Of a stretch of DNA of 64,000 nt, positions 48,792 through 56,012 are shown piece by piece (within the stretch, counting starts at the first letter, position 1; every line of letters starts with the position of its first letter). The notes beneath the pieces are model-generated. The model was not told the DNA's origin. It made no database searches and was given only the letters and a program-made list of their open reading frames with translations. Made by a program: the position numbers and the translations under genes. Source of the DNA: Eubacteriales bacterium (GTDB lineage Bacteria; Bacillota; Clostridia; Oscillospirales; RGIG577); contig JBMNPT010000005.1 of NCBI GenBank assembly GCA_050943735.1, forward strand, positions 4,209 to 68,208. Reading direction: 5' to 3'.

Positions 48792-49211
48792 ATGGAACAG
48801 CAAATTCGGCAGGCACTGGTTAAAGCACTGGGTGATGCCCTGCCCCAGTGCCCTCTTCACACCGAGCGGATGCCTCAGCATGGAATTCGAGACGGGCTGT
48901 GGATCTATCCAGCGGGGCTGGGTCTGGAAGGACGCATTGGCTGTCAGGAGGCCTGGTCACAATGGGAGATTCGCTATCTGCCGCCGATGGAAACACCCAG
49001 ACAAACCATGGTCGAACGACTCCGCCAAGTGGTGGAAGCTGTACAGACTTTGCAGCTGGACGACGGGCCCCTGCGGCCTGTCATCCAGCAGGCAGAGTGC
49101 GACGGTTCCATGGCAGTGGTGCTTTTGCGTGTGAGATGCAGGGTGCGCATTGAACAATCTTCTCCCATGATGCGCAAATTCACCTGGGAGATGGAAATGG
49201 AGGGAAATTGA
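48792..49211 (+). CDS. tail-completion/neck protein candidate
   Basis: 139 aa with RBS GGAGAGGG. It is the last ORF before the sheath gene. Function is assigned by position only. Confidence 0.5.
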   Translation: MEQQIRQALVKALGDALPQCPLHTERMPQHGIRDGLWIYPAGLGLEGRIGCQEAWSQWEIRYLPPMETPRQTMVERLRQVVEAVQTLQLDDGPLRPVIQQAECDGSMAVVLLRVRCRVRIEQSSPMMRKFTWEMEMEGN

Positions 49212-50495
49212 GTGAACAATACGGGAAATAAAACGTTGCCCGGCGTTTATGTGGATTTTATCAGCAGCCGCCCGCTCACCATTCAGGTGGGCAGTCAGGG
49301 GACTGTACTGCTGCCCATGGCGCTGGATTGGGGCGACAAGGGAAAGGTCACCGAAGTGGTGGCCGGAGATGATACACGTCTCTCTCTGGGATACAGCATG
49401 CAGGAGATTCTGCCTCTGCGGGAGGCTATGAAAAATGCTGACCGGGTACTGGTGTATAAGCTCAACGGCGGAGAAAAAGCTTCCGCGACACTGGGAAGCG
49501 GAACGGTAACTGCCGCTCTGCCCGGCAGCCGTGGAAATGCACTTTCTCTTCAGGTGACTGGCGAGGAAGCTCCCTTTGTGGTGGATACCTGGCTGGATGG
49601 TGTTCTGATGGACAGCCAGGAAATTTCGGAGTATTCCGAATTTCAGCCCAATGGGCTGGTGGAGATCAATGAGGCAGGCACTCCTGCCAAGGCTTTGGTC
49701 ACCCTTTCCGGCGGTACGGATGAAGAGGAACAGACCACCGACTGGGAGAGCTTTTTGCCATCCGCCCAGACCCTTTTCTTTGACACAATGGCTTGTATGA
49801 GTGACGAAGAATCGGTGAAGGAACAGGTGGTGTCTTTTGTACGGCTGATGCGGGAACAGGAAGGCAAAAAGATTCAGGCAGTGATGGCCAACAAGGCGGC
49901 CGATTACGAGGGTATCATCTCGGTACAGGGTGGCGTGGTACTGGAGGGGGATGAAATTCTCCCTGCGGAAACCGTATGCGCTTATATTGCCGGCATGACC
50001 GCGGGCGCTGCCATCAATGAGAGCTGCACCCATCACATTTACCAGGGTGCGGTGGATGTGACCAGTCGGATGACCCGCGCTCAAAAAGAAGAGGCAGTTG
50101 GTCAGGGTCACATGATTCTGGATGTGGACGCCGCCGGTCAGGTGTATGTGGTCTATGATATCAATACCCTGCGCTCCGGTCTGCAGGTTGACTTCCGTAA
50201 AAACCGGGTGCTGCGGGTACTGGATGGGATTCATCAGGATGTGAAGTCTCTCTTTGAGGGCAGCTATCTGGGTAAGGTGAGCAATGACCCCAACGGCCGC
50301 AGTCTGCTGCGGGGCAGTTTGGTGGAATACTTTGGCAAGCTGGAACAGATGGGCGCCATCACCGGCTTCCAGAGCGATGACATTTCGGTAGAGCCCGGCA
50401 GCGATTCCGACAGTGTGATCATTGGCATTGCTGTGGCTCCGGTGGACAGTTGTGAAAAATTCTACATCACCGTACAGGTGAACCAGGAGGTGTAA
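49212..50495 (+). CDS. contractile tail sheath protein (XkdK-like)
   Basis: 427 aa. The N-terminal LPGVYVDF is typical of sheath proteins. GTG start after RBS GGAGGG. Confidence 0.88.
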   Translation: MNNTGNKTLPGVYVDFISSRPLTIQVGSQGTVLLPMALDWGDKGKVTEVVAGDDTRLSLGYSMQEILPLREAMKNADRVLVYKLNGGEKASATLGSGTVTAALPGSRGNALSLQVTGEEAPFVVDTWLDGVLMDSQEISEYSEFQPNGLVEINEAGTPAKALVTLSGGTDEEEQTTDWESFLPSAQTLFFDTMACMSDEESVKEQVVSFVRLMREQEGKKIQAVMANKAADYEGIISVQGGVVLEGDEILPAETVCAYIAGMTAGAAINESCTHHIYQGAVDVTSRMTRAQKEEAVGQGHMILDVDAAGQVYVVYDINTLRSGLQVDFRKNRVLRVLDGIHQDVKSLFEGSYLGKVSNDPNGRSLLRGSLVEYFGKLEQMGAITGFQSDDISVEPGSDSDSVIIGIAVAPVDSCEKFYITVQVNQEV

Positions 50496-50496
50496 T

Positions 50497-50970
50497 ATGG
50501 CCAATTATGTGAGATTGCGGGATACCATCTCCTCCAAGGAGGGACGGGCCTACATCACCATCAATGGGAAAAATAGAGAACTGTTTGAAATCAGCCGCCT
50601 CAAGGCTTCTTTGCAGTACAAAATTCAAAAACGTCAGATGCTGGGCCATCGTATGGTGCAGCACAAGGTGGTAGGAGCTGAGGGCACCGGTGAAATGACA
50701 ATGTATTTCATGAACAGCGAAATGCTACAGCTGGCCCGTCAGTACATCAAAGAGGGCAACCCGGGCTCTCTCAAACTGCAGGTGGTCAATGAGGATAGCG
50801 CCAGCAGTGTGGGCCGTCAAGAAGTGATGCTGCTCAACGTAATGCTGGAACAGGTGCCCATCACCTGTCTGGATGACAGCTCGGACGATCCGGTAACCAT
50901 CAGCTGCAGCTTCACCTTTGACGATATCGAAGTGCTGGAGAGCTTTGCTCTGCCGGAAAACTATCGATAA
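50497..50970 (+). CDS. tail tube protein (XkdM-like)
   Basis: 157 aa, directly after the sheath gene. Sequence includes EGRAYITINGKNRELFEISRLKA... Confidence 0.85.
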   Translation: MANYVRLRDTISSKEGRAYITINGKNRELFEISRLKASLQYKIQKRQMLGHRMVQHKVVGAEGTGEMTMYFMNSEMLQLARQYIKEGNPGSLKLQVVNEDSASSVGRQEVMLLNVMLEQVPITCLDDSSDDPVTISCSFTFDDIEVLESFALPENYR

Positions 50971-50982
50971 CAGGTGCGGACG

Positions 50983-51492
50983 ATGGAACCGGAGGTTTAC
51001 GCCGCACGTTGGGCGGAAGAGTCAGAACCGTTGGCGGAAGAACTGATACAGCTTCAGGAGATGGAAGATTCCATTCAGCAACAGGAATCATGGATGGAAC
51101 CGGTGCAGGATGTGGGGGCACAGGTCGCCGGGGAGGAGAGCCTTCAGAGTGCCGAATCCCAGGAAATGCTTGCTGCGGTATCGGAGATTTCTGTGGATGG
51201 AGAAGAAACTACAGGGAGTGGAGAATGGAGCCCTCAAAATCCGCTCCTATTTACGGAGTCTGCTCCGGCAGCCTCGACTACACAGCAGCTTTGGACTCAA
51301 ACACTACTCCAGGCAGCCGCTTGGAATACTCTACGCCAGGAGTCCAGTCAGCAGGTGGTGAACAACATCGCGCCCAACATTGTGATCGAAATGGGCAATC
51401 CGGTGGCAGGTACCACTCCCCAGGCTGTGGCTGAGCAGATTCGCCGGACCTTGCGGGAAGAAATGCTGTGCTGTGCAGAGGGGGTGTACTAA
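50983..51492 (+). CDS. 169-aa acidic E/Q/S-rich protein in the tape-measure position (possible miniature tape measure)
   Basis: Intact ORF with SD-like AGGTG 6 nt upstream and a TAATG overlap with the next gene. The C-terminal NIAPNIVIEMGNPVAGTTPQAVAEQIRRTLREEM resembles, from memory, tape-measure C-termini. Function is uncertain. Confidence 0.5.
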   Translation: MEPEVYAARWAEESEPLAEELIQLQEMEDSIQQQESWMEPVQDVGAQVAGEESLQSAESQEMLAAVSEISVDGEETTGSGEWSPQNPLLFTESAPAASTTQQLWTQTLLQAAAWNTLRQESSQQVVNNIAPNIVIEMGNPVAGTTPQAVAEQIRRTLREEMLCCAEGVY

Positions 51493-52082
51493 TGGAATAT
51501 TGTGTGTATTTGACAGAGGGAGCCAGACGGTATCCACTGCCGGTCAATCCTCAGAATATACGGTCCAGTTGGGAGAGTGGTGCCCGGCAGACCGCGGTAT
51601 TGGGGATTGGACAGGTGGTACTGCCCGGAGAAGAAACCCTGGAGCATTTTACCTTTACCGTTCCGCTGGACAATGAGTGGGTGTCGCGGCTGCGCCGGTG
51701 GCGTTCGCAGGGTACTGTACTCACTATGCAGGCGATAGGCAAACAGCTTTACCTGCAGCGGGAAGTGATTCTGTATCGAATGACTCAGACCCAGCTGGCT
51801 GGCCGGGAAGAGGAGTGTGAAGTGGAATTGGAATGGATGGAATACCGGGGGTACCGCAAAGCGGAGCTGCTGCGTAAGCAGTGGCAGGAGGAAGGAAGTC
51901 TTTCTGCCCCGGTATCCTCCGGCGCTACCTATACGGTGGTCAAAGGGGATTGTCTGTGGCGCATTGCGCAGCGAATGCTGGGGGATGGCAGCCGGTATGG
52001 GGAAATTTATCAGCTCAATCAGGACATCATCACCAATCCCAATTTGATCTATCCGGGGCAAGTTCTGCGGCTGCCCGGCTGA
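51492..52082 (+). CDS. LysM-domain tail protein (XkdP-like)
   Basis: The N-terminal YPLPVNPQNI...FTFTVPL resembles XkdP-type tail proteins. The C-terminal LysM is TYTVVKGDCLWRIAQR...IYPGQVLRLPG. Confidence 0.8.
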   Translation: MEYCVYLTEGARRYPLPVNPQNIRSSWESGARQTAVLGIGQVVLPGEETLEHFTFTVPLDNEWVSRLRRWRSQGTVLTMQAIGKQLYLQREVILYRMTQTQLAGREEECEVELEWMEYRGYRKAELLRKQWQEEGSLSAPVSSGATYTVVKGDCLWRIAQRMLGDGSRYGEIYQLNQDIITNPNLIYPGQVLRLPG

Positions 52083-52098
52083 CAGAAAGGAGAACTTC

Positions 52099-52587
52099 AT
52101 GGGAACTTTGGAAGGATTTTTACACCCGGAGGAAATGGGACCCGTTCGGGTCCCCCTTTCTCCCCGGTTTCGGGATGAACAGGGAAATCCCATTCAATGG
52201 GAGCTGCGTCCTGTATCTGCCCGGGAAAACGAAGCGCTGATCCGCCGGCACACCCGACAGGATACCCAGGGAAACTGGAGATTGGATCGAGCAGCCTATC
52301 GCATGGCCTTTGCAGCCTGCGGGGTGGGGTGTCCCGACTTGGAGGATGCCCAGCTGCAGCAGCGTTACCACGCGCTGGGACGGGAAGATCTGTTGGGGCG
52401 GATGCTGCTGGCGGGAGAATTTGCGGCTCTCTATGAAAAAGTGAGCCGTATCAGCGGCTTTGGACACTCTCTGGAAGATGAGGTGGACGAAGCAAAAAAA
52501 GAATCCGGCACGGTGAGTGGGAATTCGCCTGCGCCCACTATGCCCTTCAGCGGCATCACCTGCTGCCCGGACAGTTCGCAGCCCTGA
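52099..52587 (+). CDS. XkdN-like tail assembly chaperone (short, zero-frame form)
   Basis: SPRFRDEQGNPIQWELRPVSARENEAL...LLGRMLLAGEFAALYEKVSRISGF is an XkdN-family pattern. It contains an A7 slippery site at 52494-52500. Confidence 0.75.
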   Translation: MGTLEGFLHPEEMGPVRVPLSPRFRDEQGNPIQWELRPVSARENEALIRRHTRQDTQGNWRLDRAAYRMAFAACGVGCPDLEDAQLQQRYHALGREDLLGRMLLAGEFAALYEKVSRISGFGHSLEDEVDEAKKESGTVSGNSPAPTMPFSGITCCPDSSQP

Positions 52588-52643
52588 GCAGGCGGGAAAA
52601 AGCATTCATCTGGGCTTCGGCCCTGGTGGAAAAGGAGGGATGA
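52494..52643 (+). other. predicted -1 programmed frameshift site (A_AAA_AAA) and 47-codon -1 frame extension of the chaperone
   Basis: The zero frame reads GCA AAA AAA GAA. The -1 frame from 52500 reads RIRHGEWEFACAHYALQRHHLLPGQFAALSRREKAFIWASALVEKEG and stops at 52641-52643, 1 nt before the next ATG. Confidence 0.55.
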
Positions 52644-52644
52644 C

Positions 52645-53598
52645 ATGCAGCTGTGGCTGGAAAACAGACAAACCGGTCAGATGGTGGAAATCACCGGCGC
52701 TTGTGTGGAAATTCAGCTGTGTCATAAGCGCAACAATGGAGCCTCCGTTTTGGATGTGACCTGGCTGTGTGAAGAGGTGTTCTTTGAAAATGGATGCACC
52801 ATTCGGCTCACCGATGGACAGCAATGTGCTTTTCACGGGAGGCTTTTCAGATGGAGCCGATCCAGCGACGGATTGGTTCACCTGCACGCGTACGATCAGC
52901 TGCGCTATCTAAAAGCCAAGGACACCATGCTTTTGCAAGGCCGTTCCCTGGCCAGCCTATTGCGGGAAATGTGCCGGGTCTTTCAGCTGAAAGCGGGCAC
53001 TATGGAAGATCCGCCGGGCTTGGTACAGGATGAAATGCTGGTGGGTCAAACGCTGCTGGACATTCTGTATCGCAAAATCGCAGAAGTACAGCGCCTCACC
53101 GGCAAAGCGTATATTCTGCGGGACGAGGACGGAGCCATCTGTCTTCGGGCGGAGGATTCTCTGCATCTGCCGCTGTTGCTGGCGGATGAGACCACCTGCC
53201 TTTCCTATGAGGTGGAGAGAGATATTGACCGGGATACCTGCAATCGGGTGGTACTGGCTCACGAAAGCATCGTGTTTGGCATGCGCAAGGTCTATGAGAC
53301 AGCGGACGCCCAGCAGACCCAGCAGTATGGGGTTTTGCAGTATTATCAGCGGGTGAATCAGAATCTCACGTCAGCTCAAATCCGCGCCATCGGTGAAAAT
53401 CTGCTGGCGGAAAAAAAGGGAGAGAGATACCGCATATCCCTGTCGGCGATCTCTGATCTCTCTGTACAGGGTGGGAGTGTGATTGGCGTTACACTGGATG
53501 GCCTGGGACAGGGATTGTATCGGGTTTTGCAGGTCACCCATCGGCTGCAGAGCGGACGGGAGACCATGGAATTGGAGGTGGAAAATATTGCTGGATGA
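52645..53598 (+). CDS. XkdQ/YqbQ-like baseplate hub (gpD-like) protein
   Basis: 317 aa, assigned by position and sequence pattern (LHAYDQLRYLKAKDT..., GKAYILRDEDGAICL). Confidence 0.75.
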   Translation: MQLWLENRQTGQMVEITGACVEIQLCHKRNNGASVLDVTWLCEEVFFENGCTIRLTDGQQCAFHGRLFRWSRSSDGLVHLHAYDQLRYLKAKDTMLLQGRSLASLLREMCRVFQLKAGTMEDPPGLVQDEMLVGQTLLDILYRKIAEVQRLTGKAYILRDEDGAICLRAEDSLHLPLLLADETTCLSYEVERDIDRDTCNRVVLAHESIVFGMRKVYETADAQQTQQYGVLQYYQRVNQNLTSAQIRAIGENLLAEKKGERYRISLSAISDLSVQGGSVIGVTLDGLGQGLYRVLQVTHRLQSGRETMELEVENIAG

Positions 53599-53851
53599 AA
53601 TTAAGGAAATCGCCCAGCGTGTGGTGGACAGCAACACCTTTTTACAGCTGGGAACCGGACGGGTGCGTTCGGTCAGCCCCTTGACGGTGGAATTGACCTC
53701 CAATGGGCTGGTGCTGCCCAATGTGATGTTGATGGTAGGAGCCTCTCTGAGTGAGAGCGACCGCTTTCAAAATCTGGAAGGCGGAGAGCAGCTGTTGCTG
53801 CTGGGCCCCGCTTGCGGCGGGAAATTTGCAGTATTGGACGTGATGCTATGA
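53588..53851 (+). CDS. XkdR-like small baseplate protein (DUF2577-like)
   Basis: 87 aa from TTG 53588, which lies 7 nt after GGAGGTG. Sequence LLDEIKEIAQRVVDSN...GRVRSVSPLTVEL. Confidence 0.65.
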   Translation: MLDEIKEIAQRVVDSNTFLQLGTGRVRSVSPLTVELTSNGLVLPNVMLMVGASLSESDRFQNLEGGEQLLLLGPACGGKFAVLDVML

Positions 53852-54237
53852 CCGGCGCAGGATATGAAACCATTTGGGATAAAGCCCTGGAAGGCCCCAG
53901 CCGCACCTTCTGTATTTCTCTGGAAAACGGAAGGATGCAGGGAATGTGTGACGGCGTGGAAAGCGTACGTCAGGCGGTGTGGAAATGCCTGGCCACCCAG
54001 CGGGGAGAGCATTTGATCTATGGCCCCTATTACGGGCTGGATCGAAATGCACTGGTACAGGCGGATCCCGCCCAATTGCAGGCTGCCGCGGAACAGGCTG
54101 TCCGCAGCGCTCTATTGCGGGACCCCAGAGTCTGGTCGGTGGATCGGGTACAGGCCCTCCGTCAGGGTGACAGCCTTTCCCTGACGGTGGAAGTGACCAC
54201 CCGGTTTGGTACCGTCCAGTTGACAGAGGAGGTGTGA
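53848..54237 (+). CDS. XkdS-like baseplate protein (DUF2634-like, gpW/gp25-like)
   Basis: 129 aa with an ATGA overlap. VRQAVWKCLATQRGEHLIYGPYYGL is typical of this family. Confidence 0.7.
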   Translation: MTGAGYETIWDKALEGPSRTFCISLENGRMQGMCDGVESVRQAVWKCLATQRGEHLIYGPYYGLDRNALVQADPAQLQAAAEQAVRSALLRDPRVWSVDRVQALRQGDSLSLTVEVTTRFGTVQLTEEV

Positions 54238-54238
54238 G

Positions 54239-55315
54239 ATGTTTGAAGAAATGACCTTTGATAAATTGATGGAGGGAATGCTTTCCCATGTGAGTGACAC
54301 CCTGGACAAACGGGAAGGCAGTGTGGTGTACGACATGCTTTCCCCTATGGCGGCAGAACTTGCCGGGCATTACAGCCAGCTGGGAGCGGCACTGGAACTG
54401 CTGTTCTGGGAAACCTCCTCCGGCATTTGGTTGGATCGCTTGGGAGAACAGTTTGGCATTCCCCGCCGTCAGGCTACCAATGCAGTGTACCGGGGTGTTT
54501 TTACCGATCAGGAGGACTTGCCTGCTCAGGTGGAAACCGGCAGTCGGTTTCGCTGGGAGGAATATACTTTCGCGGTAGAGGATTCTCTGGGAGAGGGAAA
54601 GTATACGCTGGTTTGTGAGCAACCGGGAAGCGGTGCCAATGCGGCTACCGGAACCATTCTCCCGGTGCTCAATCTGCCCTCTCTGCAGTCGGCAGTGCTG
54701 GAACAGCTGCTGGAAGAAGGAACTGACCAGGAAAGCGATGAACAGTACAGGGCCCGGGCGATGGAGCTGCTGGCGCGTCCCGCCTTTGCGGGCAATATAT
54801 CTGCCTATCAGGAAGAGACGTTGTCCATTGGGGGAGTGGGATGTGTCAAGGTTTTCCCCGTCTTTGATGGAGGCGGTACAGTGGGGCTGGTGATTGGAAA
54901 CGCCCAGGGACGTGCAGTGGATGAAATGGTACTGCAAAAAGTACAGGAGCATTATGCGCTGGAGGGAGAACAGAGCGTCACTCCCATTGGCCATCAGGTG
55001 ACTGTCAAAAGCTGTGTGGATCGGACTGTACCAGTGGAGCTGGCGGTGGATTTGGTGCCGGAGGCTGACTGGAGCAGTGTACAGTCACAGGTTCAGAATC
55101 GGGTGGCCCAATGGATGAGTCAGATTGATTTTGAGGAAGAGAGAGTGTTTGTAGCGCGGCTGATGGCGGCAGTACTGGAGGTGGACGGTGTGGCTGACGT
55201 CCCCATGGCTCAGGTGAAGCTGGATGGCAAAAATGCCAATCTGGTGCTGCAAAAAGATATGGAAACTTTTGAAACACCGGTCTGCGGAACAGTGACGGTA
55301 AGGCAGGTGAGCTGA
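54239..55315 (+). CDS. baseplate J-like protein (XkdT-like)
   Basis: 358 aa. The N-terminus is typical of baseplate J (MLSHVSDTLDKREGSVVYDMLSPMAAEL). Confidence 0.85.
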   Translation: MFEEMTFDKLMEGMLSHVSDTLDKREGSVVYDMLSPMAAELAGHYSQLGAALELLFWETSSGIWLDRLGEQFGIPRRQATNAVYRGVFTDQEDLPAQVETGSRFRWEEYTFAVEDSLGEGKYTLVCEQPGSGANAATGTILPVLNLPSLQSAVLEQLLEEGTDQESDEQYRARAMELLARPAFAGNISAYQEETLSIGGVGCVKVFPVFDGGGTVGLVIGNAQGRAVDEMVLQKVQEHYALEGEQSVTPIGHQVTVKSCVDRTVPVELAVDLVPEADWSSVQSQVQNRVAQWMSQIDFEEERVFVARLMAAVLEVDGVADVPMAQVKLDGKNANLVLQKDMETFETPVCGTVTVRQVS

Positions 55316-55316
55316 T

Positions 55317-55874
55317 TTGTGGTGTGAAGAGGAAATTCGCCTGCAGGAACATTTGCCTCAGTGGTATGCCGGGATCCGTGAGGCGGCGCTGATTCAGCAG
55401 GGAGCCCAGACAGAACTGGAAAACTTCCGCGTGACATTGCACGATGGTTTGCGGACCATCTGTACCTTGGCTCTGGAACCTACTGTTTTGGAGATTTACC
55501 GACGCATGTTTCAGCTGGAACCACAGAGCCATCCGGAAAAGCAGATGGATATTATTCGTTCCTGTTTTCAAAGCCGGCTGCCCATCAATCAGAATCGGGT
55601 GGAGCAGGTGGGCATGACTCTGATGGGGGAAAACAGTCAACTCCGATTGGATATCGACAGAGAAAAATATATCTGTCATGCCAAGTATAAGGCCGATATG
55701 TCCCAAAACAGAGAAGAGACCATTTACGCGAAGCTGCGGGCTATGATCCCAGCCAATATGATTCTTTCTCTGGCCTATGATTACGTGGAATGGGGACAAA
55801 TTCAGCACATCACCTGGCAGCAGGCAGCCACCCTCACCTGGGATGGACTGCGGCAGCAAGGGGATTCACTATAG
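55317..55874 (+). CDS. XkdU/YmfQ-like tail protein (DUF2313-like)
   Basis: 185 aa, TTG start. LPQWYAGIREAALIQQGAQTELENF is a family-typical N-terminus. It is the last gene of the cluster. Confidence 0.7.
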   Translation: MWCEEEIRLQEHLPQWYAGIREAALIQQGAQTELENFRVTLHDGLRTICTLALEPTVLEIYRRMFQLEPQSHPEKQMDIIRSCFQSRLPINQNRVEQVGMTLMGENSQLRLDIDREKYICHAKYKADMSQNREETIYAKLRAMIPANMILSLAYDYVEWGQIQHITWQQAATLTWDGLRQQGDSL

Positions 55875-55890
55875 AGAGCCGCAAGGCGGG

Positions 55891-55923
55891 AAAACGGATG
55901 GGGAAAATCTCCATCCGTTTTTC
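55891..55923 (+). terminator. intrinsic terminator ending the phage-like cluster
   Basis: ACGGATGGGG/CTCCATCCGT stem followed by T5. Confidence 0.8.
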
Positions 55924-55948
55924 ATTGGCTGCAAGAGCGTCATACCAA

Positions 55949-55977
55949 TTGCATAAAGGAGATTTTTGGAGTATAAT
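55949..55977 (+). promoter_or_regulatory. sigma-A promoter of the tagA-like/thyX/tmk operon
   Basis: TTGCAT, 17-nt spacer, TATAAT. Confidence 0.55.
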
Positions 55978-56012
55978 AATCGTAAGTATGTCTAAAAGAA
56001 TGAGGGCTTTCT

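Larger units (their letters stand above)
43509..55923 (+). mobile_element. PBSX-late-operon-like phage-derived head + contractile-tail gene cluster (defective/domesticated; GTA-like or tailocin-like candidate)
   Basis: 19 co-directional, mostly overlapping ORFs: regulator, TerS-like, TerL, portal, scaffold, capsid, connectors, sheath, tube, LysM, chaperone, XkdQ/R/S/T/U-like. No integrase, repressor, replication, fibre or lysis genes. It is bounded by host terminators. Confidence 0.8.

Noticed and set aside
52517-52759. An 80-aa track ORF in the +1 frame overlapping the end of the chaperone gene and the start of the XkdQ-like gene, considered as the frameshift extension.
   Set aside because: It overlaps the well-supported XkdQ-like start and has an implausible sequence. 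It would also need a +1/-2 shift with no slippery site. The -1 frame after the A7 tract is a much better candidate.
53483-53587. The ATG-initiated 5' extension of the XkdR-like ORF (track start 53483).
   Set aside because: It would overlap the XkdQ-like gene by 116 nt and encode a W/C/R-rich peptide. TTG 53588 has a perfect GGAGGTG 7 nt upstream and gives the family-typical N-terminus LLDEIKE.
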